Origin: Pecten maximus
Lineage: Eukaryota
Assembly (NCBI RefSeq): GCF_902652985.1
Contig: NC_047026.1
Location: 30,690,001 to 30,754,000 of the forward strand
DNA length: 64,000 nucleotides
Direction: 5' to 3'
Below, piece after piece: positions 37,045 through 50,567 of this stretch. The notes under the pieces were generated by a model. It was not told where the DNA came from. It saw only the letters and a list, made by a program, of their open reading frames with translations, and searched no databases. Within the stretch, counting starts at the first letter, position 1. Every line of letters starts with the position of its first letter. Position numbers and translations under genes: made by a program.

Positions 37045-40000
37045 CTTTTATCATGTATCACTGTTATCCATTTCTTAACGTATATATTTAATTATATAAT
37101 TCATCAAATAACGTACAAGACTTTCAACAACATTTTAACTACAATCATTAAACAGAAGCAAAGTTAAGTGCAAAAACTACTAACTCAATGAAGGTTCCGA
37201 TTTTTAATTAGGATGTCAATCTGAAAGGCCGAGGGAATTCAAACAGTCGAATAAATTACAATTTCTGAGTAAAACTGAATTATTTTTTCTTATATCTAGA
37301 CCTACAGTTTGTGTATTGCTCTCAGTGCAATCAATTTACAATGTAGATCTCCATTTATCAGATTTAAATCGAATTCACTTTTGGGTAGTCCCATCACGTT
37401 AGTGATCGGCATTTTTTTTTTGTATGTTACAACAGAGACATATATGTCTGGTTACAACTGTATAGCTGTTACGTCGTCACAGCACTTACGGTCATACAAA
37501 ATAGCAATTAAAATTTGAGTTTACACTTCGATTTCTTACATTGGGACGATATTGAATTGAATGAACACTTCAAAGATGAATAATAATAATATTTTCCTAG
37601 ATCACAATAAACCAAACGAAGTCCCCTTTGGAGGCCCCATCGCCGAATGTCAAAATTTCACATGCTACTTCTGAGGGTTATACGTACTTTTATCTGTTTG
37701 AGCTCTCAATCAACAATAGTGAATAACGATTGGTACTCCTAGAGACCGTATAAACCATCCGATTGCAAAGTAATCACATGTTCTACATCCACGTGACAAA
37801 ATGTTTACACTTACCTCGATTCCATTTTCGTCGGGTGAAAGCGAGGATACTGAAATCATGTGACGCACTCGGCTCTCTCCGATGTAAACAGCAAATGTTG
37901 TTCAGCGATAATTCGAAGTTGATAAACATTGCCAATATTTCACAAAAAGTGTCATAATTTTGTAAACTATTTAATTTCAAGTATCACAACGCTTTCCGGA
38001 AATCAAATGCATGTAGAAATTAATGAAATCTAACCATTTAGTCCCTTTAAGTAAACAAAGCGTTCATATGGCCATGTCTTAATATCATTGTGGTTTATTA
38101 TCACCAGGCTAATGTCAGAATAATGTTATCAAAAATCCTAAACATACGTTGTTATGATTAAATGCATGCTCTCTATTATGGAATAGACATCCCTGTCCTA
38201 TATGTCCACATTAAAAGTGGATATTTTAATAACAATATCAGTTAGAATCCCGTTTTCCTGCTGCTAGTTAAATGTGCACATTTTCTTATATAGCTTATGT
38301 TATATAAGAGGAAAACATCAAAATACAAATGAGCTGATATATCTTTTTGTCATTTCAATCAAATGTAATTTTTATTCATGTTTCAAATGTTTTCTTTGGA
38401 ACGCTGGTTGATACAATATGTATGCTATAAGGGTATGCATGTTTGAATGGTCGATACGTAAGCTGGTCTTATACACTTGTCAATACAATGATGGTTTAAC
38501 TAGGAGTTTGATTTTGTCTAGTGATCATTCATCTATCTGATAGTGAGTCATGGTAAATTGGTGTCAACAATACATTTACAACAGCATTTTCACAATAGTT
38601 TCACATTAAATCCCAGTCCAAATTTGATATTACCCGGATGTTATATCATCAAGCTTATCAAAAAGTATAGTTGTAATCTGCCCCTGCGGGTTACATTGTA
38701 AGTAATTAAAGATCTATGTAAGTGGCTCATATTGAGGATTCCTGTCGTGTTCTTGATTTCAAGGTTTGAAGGGTATTACAGATCGATATGGTCAATACAT
38801 TTATGGTTTTTGCAGACAATACATCGTCACTATAGCTCTAGATGAAAGTGAAGGGATATTGTCTGAGGATCTTATTTTAAGAAACTCTTCAATATAATCA
38901 GCTTCTTAAAAATTGTCAGCAAGGAGAGGGATTCAGTTTACTCTCATGGAATGTTGTCACCAAACTCAATAAAGATGTTGTCAATCAGAAATTCTATCAA
39001 TCTCATAATTTCATCTGATGTACTTATATGGGCCCTAATAGTATGATTAATCAAATATGCTCATATATTATCAACTTGTTTTATTTTAACAAATATCCTC
39101 ATTCGATATACAATTTAGCTTTGGTATCTTTTTCACTTTCTGATATAACAATGTGAGTGTGGTTTAAGTGTAGTAGATAACAATAAGAGAAAAGAAAATA
39201 TTATGCGTGGTAGATATTGAAGTAGTGATAGAATGGGGTACAATAATAATACATATATAGTCATATTGACAGAGGGAGTGTGGAAAGGGAGATAACTCGG
39301 GTATGATGTGAAAACTACTGGTTCAACAGGAATGAGGATTATAGGCTCTTTGTGGTTGGTACATTTGTGGGTTTTCTAGGGAGCTGGGGAGTGTCTGGGT
39401 TTGATTTTTGTTTGGATGGTACCACAAGCGCTTACATAGAAAATCAGCCTTGTGCTTTCCACAGTACACACACCACTGCCATATAAAAAATAATAATAAT
39501 GCAATTCACATTTCCTATGCAATCGGCTGTTACACTGTGGTTACTATGTCCTGGAACATCTCTCTCCAAGAATCTTTACCTCTCAGATAAATCCAATTGT
39601 CAGAAATCGGACCTTGTATATTTCTGAATACATTTTCAAGTGGCGTTGGATAGGGTTGATATGACTTGTAAAACAAGTAAGGTCCATACTTTTCCAAGCA
39701 GCATACCCTATGGCAATTCTGTATTGTTTAGGGTTGACCAGGTGTGCTTGTCCAAGGGAGGCGATCCCAGTCATATTGTGGAACAATGGAATATATCTGT
39801 AAGTGAAAGCGCCCTTTTAAATACATGCAGGCTTTTTTAAAGGTTGGATCATATGCGCAGTGACCAATAATTCGTCATTTTTGTGGGACACCTTTAACCA
39901 GATACTAATTACTGCTGTACTTCAGAAGCTCTAGGGTGTGCTTTATACCCTTTTAAAAACCCGTTCGTTTTGTACTCGTTCTGCAGCCTAACAGCAAGTC

Positions 40001-40415
40001 ATTTATCTTGAGATAGAATATAGGTATTCGCAAATTTGCTGCATAGCGTGTTATATCCGATCTACAGTGTTCTGTAATTATAGCTGATTCACTGTGTTTT
40101 GGAGAACAAAACATTAGGACAGTATCTTTAGCTGAGTTGTATATATCCTTTAAACGGGATTTGAGCCTGCTATCCTATAGTATGATTCTGTGCAATGAAT
40201 ACTTATTCTGCCTACCTTTTTACCTAGACTTAAGACAGTTTTTTTCACAAGTATTCTCATGGCTGAAAGTAAGACACTCTGATAATGTAGCTGTTGTGGA
40301 CATGTGTATATGTAGGTCAAACAGTGCTTCAAGAAAAGGGATCGTTGCCCCAATACATGTGCAATAGATACCTTCTTCTTCACGGGATGCATTTACCTAT
40401 CTAAACCTGATCATT

Positions 40416-40584
40416 TAAGCAATGAACAGTGGTTTTAATGTTGTTATAGTCGATATGGCAGCAAGATGTATGGTGGGCAAATGGCATGAGAACCCATTAG
40501 GTAGGGTTTTCATGCTACATTTGCCCACCATACATCTTGCTGCCATATCGCTATAACAACATTAAAACCACTGTTCAATACTTA
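40416..40584. repeat. ~169-nt near-perfect hairpin with bulged bases, probable non-autonomous transposon terminus
   Basis: taagcaatgaacagtggttttaatg...gagaaccc / attaggta / gggttttcatg...cactgttcaatactta. Confidence 0.9.
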
Positions 40585-41753
40585 TATTTACATTGTCTTA
40601 CCATTTTCGTTAACTTTAAAAAAAACTAAACCAACACAAACAAATTCCGCCTCTTTTAATGTCACATGACCCGCTGGGTGTTTTAGTCTGAGGCAATGGG
40701 TGTTATAGGCGCATGGTGGCAACTGCCTCTTAGCATTGTGACAATGGGGAAATGTGGAGCAAATGTAAATATTGAGATGTGAGGACTGTTCAAATACTTG
40801 TGATCTTAAACTTGTGTCCTTGAACTTATGTCTTTTTAACCTGATCATTGTGATGTGAAGGCTGACCAAATACTTGTCGTCAGCCCGATTTTGGAGAACA
40901 AGCCATGACCAAATACACCACAAACAATAATACAACGTATCAATAAAAGATCATGTATCCTTAAAATAAGATTTTGTTTATCTATTCTTCAATTAGAAAT
41001 GAACATGCTTAGTAATGTATTTGGCACCTGAATAAGCCCTTCGATCAAAAGGTTAATGTCACAGGATGCAAAGAATTAGGTTATAGATAGATAATCACCG
41101 ATTTGGCGGCCAAAGAACACAGACAATCAGTTATATAAATATGTATTAAGATAAACTGTCTCAAGTAGATATGAAGAAGATAGTATTTGCTATGTAGGGG
41201 AGTTAATACAATAGCATATCAACGCCCCCGTGTGAATCAAGTATGACGTTTCAGAAATATAATTCACATGAATATGCTTACAAGTCCTAAACAAAAGGAT
41301 TGATTAGGCAAAGATTACAAAATCCGTTCTAATTGTTTTTGTAATGTATGCATTTGTAATCTTTTTTAAATCATTGATATTTTCCCAACATATCATAATG
41401 CAGGGAAACAATGTGTATAGTGTAAAGCAATACGTATAAAGTATACCTTTAGAAATACTTAGATGCTTTACATCATAGTAAGTATCTAAGTATATATACG
41501 TACGTACCGGACACTGAGAACCAGAAAAATCAATACATATTCAATAAATACACAAAACAATTCATGTGGATAAAGATATAGTAAACTTTTATTTATTTAA
41601 TACATTCATGTGTAGTCATTTGAAATTATTTATCAAATAACCATCACATATTTGTCTTCCTTGTAGTCATATTAGTAGAATATAAATTAAGTAATACATT
41701 TAAGTGAAAAGTATATAATACATAACCACCAGAAATAGATGAAAATATATATA

Positions 41754-42973
41754 CTGAAATAATAAAGAAACGCAATCGCCGAAAAGTCGGCATTGTAGAC
41801 CAAATCCTTGGCGTAGACCTTTGAAATTTGATAAAGTTTTGTTTATTAAGTCTTCCTTTCTAGTGTACACTATTCAAACTCACGGATGCGTGTCACAAAC
41901 TAACTATGATGACTTTTCAAAGAATAGCGAAAACACACGATATCACAAGCTCAGTCTGAAGGACAGGCTTAAAATTTCTGTGAGCAACTAGTTAAACATA
42001 TCCGTCTTGGATTCTTATATTTCAACGGAAATGATTAACATATAATTCTACGACATTCGGAAGTTGAGAGAGGTCGTTCCATTGCACATTTTATGCAAGG
42101 TAGTTCCATCCATCGACCATTTGCCATGCCACATAACGGGCTGCAGAACGTCCCCAAATGTTCTCTCGAAGGATCGAAAAATACGACTTAAACACCTGCC
42201 CAACCGCTTTCTCGCTTCCATGGAAAATACGAAGAACACAATAGGGCATCATAATGTTCAAATACTAGTAGATCCAAATACAGTGCGTAATAGACAGTGC
42301 GCATTTAGTCCGAGATCGCAGCGGCCATATTTCGGCCCATTATATGCAATTGGCTGAACGCACATTCCGTCAAGTGCAACGTTGGAGGAGGAACTTGCTC
42401 TTGGATGAGTTGATACATGGTATCAAGACTCTCTTAGTAAGTATTCAATGAAATCTCACAACCGCCCGTTATAAAGATAAAGTTATTTTATTTTGTGTTG
42501 TTCCTCTCGTAGCAACGTCGAGTGAAGTTCAGGCAGGACAACGCTCGACCGCATGTAGTTAGAATTTGTCATTATTATTTCATAGTAAACAATAGCCCAC
42601 CCTCTAAATGCCTCCATACAGCGATAACCGCTCCCCTATGAAAAAACATTTATGGGACAAATTGGACAGAAGGATATGGCGTAGGCCGAACCATCGAATC
42701 AACGGTCGCTAAATTGACGTTGGCGCTGGTAGAAATGGAGCCGTATACCATTGAGAAGGGTCTTCAAAAGAGTATATGCAACCACTGCAGATCAGTGGGG
42801 CGTTCAGGATATTGATGGGCCCAGAACGGTATTCATATAAAGAAGGATACTTTGGATTAATCTGAAATTTGACGCAGGTGTCAAAAGTACGTGGATGGAA
42901 TTTTCAGAGGTGAAAGAGTGGTTCCCTGTCTTCCAAGGACACATCATATAATTGAATTTCTTTTTCTTTTCAG
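41754..42973 (+). mobile_element. Decayed Tc1-like transposon
   Basis: TA-flanked degenerate inverted termini (ctgaaataataaagaaacgca / tgaatttctttttcttttcag); fragmented transposase motifs ERGR, IRLKHL.NRF, TVRNR, RPYFGP, QDNARPH, HLWDKLDRR. Confidence 0.75.
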
Positions 42974-43177
42974 TACATCATTTTATACAAAACGTCAACC
43001 GACTCTATAAAAACCTCAAAGGAAAGGTAACAGCAAGTCCAACAGAAGTGTGCAGAAAAAGCCAGACAGCAACTGACCCTACAGAGGAGTACATGAAGTA
43101 AAGGTATGATAATATAGATTTGTTTCATAGTTCGCTAAGTAAAGGGTATGTTTCATTTCGTCTGTAAGTGTCATATC

Positions 43178-45963
43178 CTAAAACTCCTCGTGGAATGGAT
43201 AGTAAGGGCTGTGAGTGGCACTGAAACAAACAAGGGTTAAAGTTATTGTATGTTAGAAGGTAAAATACATACGTAAACAAATAATGCCTTTCATTGCTAA
43301 TTAATTATTTGTTTATTTAAAACAGCCAACTAGTAATATTCATGTTACCGGTACTGCTTTTGCGGGAGAAGCACTCAACAAGAATATAAAATTATATATA
43401 TAGATATGTTAAAATATAATAACATTTAAATGGTGTCTCTGTATAAATATGCTTGTGTTAATGTATGTTTATCGTTATAGTGTCGAATGGCATCTTGTGA
43501 AAACAACGGGAAAAGCGTAAAGCAAATAACCCCTGTGATGCTATTTATTTTGTTTATTTTGCAAAACGTCATACCTAGATCTGTTCCATGTACAAACACG
43601 AAAATTCCGATTCATTCCGTGTATAACATTCATTTCGTCATCATCCAATATAAAGTCAAAAAGCTGTAATAAAAAATGTTTGTTGAGAACACGAACTTAA
43701 TTTGCAAATTCACAATTTCGATATCTCTTCAGTCAATAAAAACTCAAAGTAAGCTCAAACAATTTAAAGACAACATCTAATGGAAGAACCATTTCAGAAA
43801 ATGTTTAAAATATCTGCTATATTCGGTGTTTTGATTAGACTCTCAATTGCGCACCTTTCCAGTTTCATTATAACACGATGTTGGTTTTTGTTTGTTTTTG
43901 TTTTCATGGAGAGCAATATTTTCCTGTAATTTTTGTTAAAGGTGCGGATTCAAAAAGCCTAAGAAGCAAATACGATAGCCCTGAAAAGTACTCAACCATC
44001 AAAATCACAGCAATGTAATTAATATAATGAGCGAATGAATGTAAAGTGCATGATTGCATATATCTATAAAATATCCTTTAAACCTACTGTTCCTTTATTT
44101 GGTAGCTGATTCGATATCCGAGGACTAGTTCTTATATATGGATAGCCGTGATTAATATAGACTGCCTACATTGTTATTTTAGGAGCATCATTTTTCCATT
44201 TCATGATACATACTACTACTACTACTACTACTGTAGTAGAAAAAACTTGAGTACATATGATCTTATTTTCCTTTTCAAAAGTATCGGTATAAACGTTTAT
44301 TTTATTCATATGTTCCCCAATTGATGCATTGAGAGATAGAGTGAAAGTTCAAATTGATACGATGTGTTCATCATTTAAGCTCAATATTAGTCGATTCATG
44401 TATTAACACGTCCATGTTATTTTGGTGCAAGTAAACATATAATTTGCATTGTGATAAAAATTAGAAATACAACTTTAAACCTACTTCAATGTTTTGCTTT
44501 TGTCTGGATTCGGACACACTCTTCGGTATGACGATATAGCCTCTTTGTATGCCCCATCGCAATAGAACCTTGATATAAAAGCATTCTTAAGATACAAAGT
44601 AACAAGTAAAATGAAGCCAACACACTATTTCCAATTCAACACAATATTCAATATTTCCTTAAATCTTAAAAAAAAAAAAAGAGAGCTAAATATCAACATT
44701 TATTTTTTCAAGGAAAAAAAGTAAAGGAAATGAGTATCCGAAAACCTGGCTATGATATATGAACTGTTATTTTGGACACGTTTTGTTTTTGTACGATACG
44801 TTAACAGTGTAATAAAAAGACAGACTTGTCAATTAGACGAATGACGTTAATGTCTATATTTGGAACTTTACTTCCGTCAGTGATATTTCTAAGAATCATA
44901 AAAATCATACTGACCTGTCCAGCAGATTTGTTATACCGAGCTGCCATCTTCAATATTTCTGGCTCCTCTAGTAATACTGGATCGTCTGGTTTAGCCCTGA
45001 TATAAACAAACATAGTAGCTATCTATTTAATTGGATCGCTTGGTATTGTGCAATATCAAACAATTGGTATAGTATTTTGGTTATTGTAAGCATTTATGAA
45101 TGCTCTTGAATACTTTATTAATATATACCAAATGAAGGTAAATGTATGTCATGAATGTAAATATAACATTTAATACACATTATTTATTACATATCATTTA
45201 TTGCATAATATGTACTGTTCGCCATATGCATTGTTTTGTGGGGGAGAAAAATAAGCGTACACTTACCATGGCCGATCGGCTGATCCCAGAGGGGAATACG
45301 CAACTACAACAATGCCTTTCGATTTACAGAATTGTAGCAGCTTTTCGTTAGAATTGTAGGGAGATATTTCGACCTTTAATATAAAGACACAAATCAACAA
45401 AACACATCAAAAGGCAAAAGCTTAATTACACGAGTTGAAATTGATAATTCCCTTATTACAACATTTACCGGAGAGGTTGGTACATCGCGATAGATTATTT
45501 TGCAAAGAAAAAAATGATGATTATATAACTGAACGTATCCATTCGTACTTACTTGATTACAGGTTATAGGATGTTTCAAACCAAGATCTAGAATCCTCTG
45601 GATTTGTTTTGAATTGAAGTTTGATAGACCTATCGATCTACACAAGCCCTGGTCAACCAAATCCTGCATGGCCTGTCACAAATACAGTTGCATGATACCA
45701 TGAGCTAATTAAGTTTTGACCATTCTGTCTCGAATTGACTTTAGAAAAATATAGTTTAAAACAATATGGACAAAAATTGATGTAGAATCTATCTTTTCCA
45801 CTGTATCCTCAACTAAGAATGTTTTTTGATGATTTGTTATTTTTATAAATATATCTTCAGGTCTAACGTTCAATTGTGTTATGTTATTCAAGAACATGGA
45901 CAATCCATACATTGAACTAATGCAGATTTCAAACTACTCTGGGTATTTAACGTATCAATCCTC

Positions 45964-45994
<31 letters not shown>

Positions 45995-48263
45995 TTTTTT
46001 TTTAAAAAGTATTTATCATAATGAGTAGTTACCGTCCATGTTTCTATGTAGTCTATATCGACAACATCAGTCCTGCCATCTGGAGCTATCGGGAACATTC
46101 CCACATTTTCCTTAAACAAATAGAACATGTGGTACATATTGATATCTACCTCCTTTAGTATGGTATTGGCTAGCGTTCACATCCTTTAATGACGTTTCAA
46201 AAAGCAAATAGACAAATCAGGATTTCCGATAATTTCTAATAAAAACAAAACTGTGGACTTATTGTACATCTGTTACCAATGTGTAACAATATACACATGT
46301 TGCTTGAATGTTCATTGCCAGTGAATACCTATCACTCCAATTATAGAATCCTTATATGTCTATTCTTAGGTTTCGATATTGATCTTTCTTTGCTATTTGT
46401 TTTACTGTTCAATAATATTAGCGGGCATAATAAATTACACTTTAGCTTGAAAGGAAAACAAACTACAGTGACTTTTGGTGGCACCAAGCACGTACATTGC
46501 ATTAGAAAAGAATTCAATGCGTTTGCTTGTAAAATAATATGTGTGTCCTTACCCTTAGAGGCAAAGGCCAGTGTATAAGGTACAGGTCAATATAGTCCAA
46601 TCCGAGGTTGGTCAGGGACTCCTTACATCCCTCCGGTACTCGGGCCTTACTGTGGTAGGTGTTCCATAGCTACAAATCGTATATAGTTCCGCGTTTTGAT
46701 ATACAGTAGTGTTTTATCTAACATGATGATACAATTTAGAAAAACACAGAATCATTTGTTACGTTTTCATCTTTATCGGAAACCGAAAACTTGACTACCA
46801 TTAAAATGTGTTATTTTCGTACAAATAATCGCGAAGGATTTCCATTCCTCATGAATAAACGCGAAAGTAAACCCCACGCGAATTATAAATGATTAACAGT
46901 AAACAGCCTTTGAATGTAGTGATAATATTATGATTACAGATTTAAGTTATGCTATTGTTATATCTTGATACCGATAAGATATAATATCATCTCAATTTGT
47001 TTAACAATATCCGGGAGACAAACCACCATTGTTTTTGAACTAGAATTGAAGATGTTGTTGGATATGAACCCTCACGTATATTTTCGAATACTTCTTAATA
47101 AATATGAAATACAATAGCATAAATGCATTTACACAAATATAGAGCGAAATGAATAAACATTGCTTAATGGTATGCGTGTCTGTACACATGGTTTCTGATT
47201 ACGATTGACATTTAACCTCGACACGATAAAGTATTGATTTTATTTACAGGTAACAGAGGTTTAGATAACTGATATCAGCCGAGATAAACATACCTTTGTT
47301 GTGATAAACAAGTCCTCACGTTTGACAATTCCGTCATTAATACATTCTTTAATTGCCTCTCCTATCTCCTTTTCATTTCCATAGATTAACGCACAATCGA
47401 AATGTCGGTATCCCAGCTTTATTGCGGTTTTCACGGCTGCCCCAACCTCTCCTGGTTTGGACTTAAAAACAGTAAAGGAGCCAGTCATAAACATAATATA
47501 ATATAGCATGCATCTAGTGATGTGTTATAACACACTAGTATAACATTCCAGTTACGACCTACTGTGAGCCAACCTTCCTGCTCAAAGCAAAAGCTATGGT
47601 TGAGTGAGTGTTGTATGTAAGAAAATCATATTGAGTGAATAACCTATTGAATTTCAGGGTCAATAATCCGCGGTTTTCTTCGTGGAAAATGGAGTATTTA
47701 TATACGTATATGATGTGCAAGCCCTGTTCAAATTAAATTTGAAGTAAAACATAAAGCTCATTTTTCTTCTGAATTACACATGTCATTGCCTTTAATCCTA
47801 CTCCATACAGTTCAACGAGGGATTCAATGGTGTCGTATAGCTCTCCATACTATAAATATTATATACTTTTATTAATGCATTCGGGTGTGTTGGCGATGGT
47901 TGCCCTCTATTCTATTATAAATCAACAAACATGCATGTAAGCTTATGAAACAGAAACTTAACTATAAAATTCAGGAATCTGTATTTTGATTGAACTTGAT
48001 TTTATTTTATGGTTAAATATAACGGCAATTTTAACTTATATAATTCAGGACGGTTCGCGGAGACGTGGACTCAGGACTCAGGACTCATGGTCTACTTACC
48101 AGCGAAACTCCTTATAGATGCTGTGATCCCTACGAAAATGCACCGAGGATACGAATACTCATTTTTATATTAGTTTACATATACAACCTACCTTCCAGGT
48201 CCCAAGACCAACGCATGGTATCTTAAACCCACTGAGAAGTGTTTGTTCCGGTGTAGCTGCCAT
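43178..48263 (-). CDS. Aldo-keto reductase family 1 (aldose/aldehyde reductase-like), 10 exons, 319 aa
   Basis: Exons 48263-48192, 47461-47294, 46669-46553, 46110-46033, 45672-45553, 45373-45267, 44996-44915, 44568-44485, 43663-43575, 43220-43178. All GT-AG, 960 nt in frame. Intact catalytic tetrad: HFDCA (D), LIYGNE (Y), TTKLW (K), YLIHWP (H); ends YPFHEEF. Confidence 0.95.
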
Positions 48264-48306
48264 GGTGATTTGGTCGTGGTAGATCGATTCACAAGATGTC
48301 GCTGTC

Positions 48307-48313
48307 TTATATA
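48307..48313 (-). promoter_or_regulatory. TATA box of the AKR gene at 48263
   Basis: TATATAA on the - strand, 44-50 bp upstream of the ATG. Confidence 0.55.
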
Positions 48314-49087
48314 TCTGTGTATGGAGGACTGAACGTATCATATGGGACTTGATGTATCGCATCTTATCATTTATTTGAACGACGGCATTCGATTGAACTA
48401 TGCTTTGACTTAATCCTTGTATGAATAAATATGTAGAAACTACTACACCCGTAATTTAAAGTTCTTTTGTCCACAAACACCTGAATATGCTAACAGATGC
48501 AATCTATGTTTAAATGATAAAGCTATAGCATACAAATGTTATGGTATGGAAAATGAAAAGGGATGCCAGGATTATAGAAGAATCGGCATAACCAAATGTT
48601 AACATGTAGAAGAGGTGTGCTTGTCTCGTTGTTCTATTAAATAGTGAAACTTTGTTACTCTGTAATTAAGAAAAATAACAATAACGTGTAAGTGTGTCGT
48701 TTGTAAAAACGTAGACATGGCGTGTAGAGTATTGATAAACAGCGGGGAGTTAGAGGTACAAAAATTAATATTGAAATCGAAGGGATTTGTTTACACGATG
48801 TGTGGCCTGTTCTAGAGAATGTTCTGACGGGTTACTGTACATGCTGGCGACGGTTTAGGATTTATACAACTTACTACTTTACTATATGTTATTACTAGTG
48901 ACTTCATCTCTACATTTGCTCGTTTGAAGTTCAAATGATATGAAATCTCTATAAAGTTTAAGTTTAAGTTTTTCGCTACCTGATAAATGACGTTATTAAA
49001 ATGGTATGATTACACAATTCCTAGCAAAGACAGTAATCATGACATTAACAGTGCTCTGGGGAACCACCATGTGGAAAACTCTTTTTA

Positions 49088-49700
49088 CATGATGTGGTGA
49101 CTGTGTACAGGAGAGGTGGTGACAGTTCACATGATGTGGTGACTACATTTGTATGTACAGGAGAGGTGGTGACAGTTTACAGAATGTAGTGACTGTGTAC
49201 AGGGGGGTGGTGAAAATTTTCACAGTGTTTGTTTGTTTTTGTTTAACGTCCTATTAACAGCCAGGGTCATTTAAGGACGTGCCAGGTTTTGGAGGTGGAG
49301 CAAAGGTGGAATACCCGGAGAAAAACCACCGGCCTGCGGTCAGTACCTGGCAACTGCCCCACGTAGGTTTCGAACTCGCAACCCAGAGGTGGAGGGCTAG
49401 TGTTAAAGTGTCGGGACACTTTAACCACTCGACCACCGCGGCCCGCTTTTCACAATGTAGTGACTGTTTACAGGAAAGGTGGTGACGATATACAGGATGT
49501 GGTGACGGTTTACAGGATATGGTGACGGTTTATAGGAGAGTTGTGGCTGTTTAGAGGGGAGATGGGGGACGGTGTACAGGAGAGGTGGTGCCGGTATATT
49601 GTACATGGTAGATGATTGTTTGCTGGATGTGGTAATGCTTACAGGTGACGTTTGATAGGATATTGTTGGTTGACAGGATGTGACAAAAGTTTTTGAGTGA
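49088..49700 (+). repeat. Degenerate ~20-bp minisatellite (ACAGGAgAgGTGGTGACrGTTT-like), interrupted by a SINE
   Basis: Repeated gtggtgac / tacagga motifs on both sides of 49228-49444. Confidence 0.7.
49228..49444 (-). mobile_element. Full-length tRNA-derived SINE
   Basis: On the - strand: GGGCCGCGGTGGTCGAGTGG (A box), GAGTTCGAAACC (B box), core GGTTTTTCTCCGGGTATTCC, (AAAC)n tail; imperfect TSD ttttcacaRtg. Confidence 0.88.
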
Positions 49701-49804
49701 CCAGGATTGGCAGGATCTGTAGGACTTCAAATCAATAAATTATCGTAAACAAACGTGACGCAGACCAAATTGTTGCCAATGACTAATTGTATGCCCGATA
49801 TTAA

Positions 49805-49975
49805 GTTTGTTTGTTTGCTGGGTTAATCGGCCCTTGAACAGGCAGGATCATTTTGGGGTTGACATTCATTGTAGTAGTTGGTTACTATCTCACTGAACAC
49901 AAAAGGGGAGGCTTGAAGTATCTTGCCGAAGGACACAACTACGACAGTCAGATTACTCCGTGTCTCGGCTTCAAT
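49805..49975 (-). mobile_element. Degenerate SINE fragment, second family
   Basis: (GTTT)n tail plus aagtatcttgccgaaggacacaac, the reverse complement of a common SINE core TGTGTCCTT.GGCAAGA.ACTT. Confidence 0.45.
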
Positions 49976-50029
49976 TCCAAAGAAAACCAAACCGACAGGT
50001 GGGTGCTTCGTTGTATATGACTTTGGTAC

Positions 50030-50567
50030 ATCAAAATAACACTATTGCTACATATAAATGAACTTGGGTAGCATTAGATGGTGGTTATAAGAAAATAACA
50101 CCATTGCTACATATACCTGAACTCGGGTACCATTAGATGTCGTATATATAACACAATAACACCATTGCTACATATACCTGAACTCGGGTAGCCTTTAATG
50201 TCGTATATATAACAAAATAACACTATTGCTACATATACCTTAACTCGGGTAGCCTTTAATGTCGTATATAATAAAATAACACCATTGCTACATATACCTG
50301 AACTCGGGTAGCATTAGATGTCGTATATAACAAAATAACACTATTGCTACATATACCTGAACTCGGGTAGCCTTTAATGTCGTATATAACAAAATAACAC
50401 CATTGCTACATATACCTGAACTCGGGTACCATTAGATGTCGTATATATAACACAATAACACCATTGCTACATATACCTGAACTCGGGTAGCCTTTAATGT
50501 CGTATATAACAAAATAACACTATTGCTACATATACCTGAACTCGGGTAGCATTAGATGTCGTATATA
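50030..50567 (+). repeat. 59-61-bp satellite, left block
   Basis: Unit AACAAAATAACACCATTGCTACATATACCTGAACTCGGGTAGCCTTTAATGTCGTATAT. Confidence 0.95.

Larger units (their letters stand above)
29140..38046 (+). mobile_element. Decayed Kolobok-like DNA transposon (8.9 kb including nested insertions)
   Basis: 22-bp terminal inverted repeats AGGGACTAAATGGCTAGATTTC / GAAATCTAACCATTTAGTCCCT (1 mismatch), TTAA on both sides (29136-39, 38047-50). Disrupted transposase-like remnants at ~29404-29605 (RWHQLKKTEGIKTD..LAKL) and ~34380-34625 (YHRIYN..W..VPYKMERTY..DPRR..LAHAPPPSTAQMVEEKKS); family resemblance is from recall. Confidence 0.75.

Noticed and set aside
38500-40400. Coding-like fragments on the - strand (e.g. 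WCVYCGKHKADFLC)
   Set aside because: Multiple stops and no recognisable family; needs TBLASTX.
43680-43765. FEFLLTEE segment as AKR exon 9
   Set aside because: No valid splice sites and an in-frame stop; the true exon 9 is 43663-43575.
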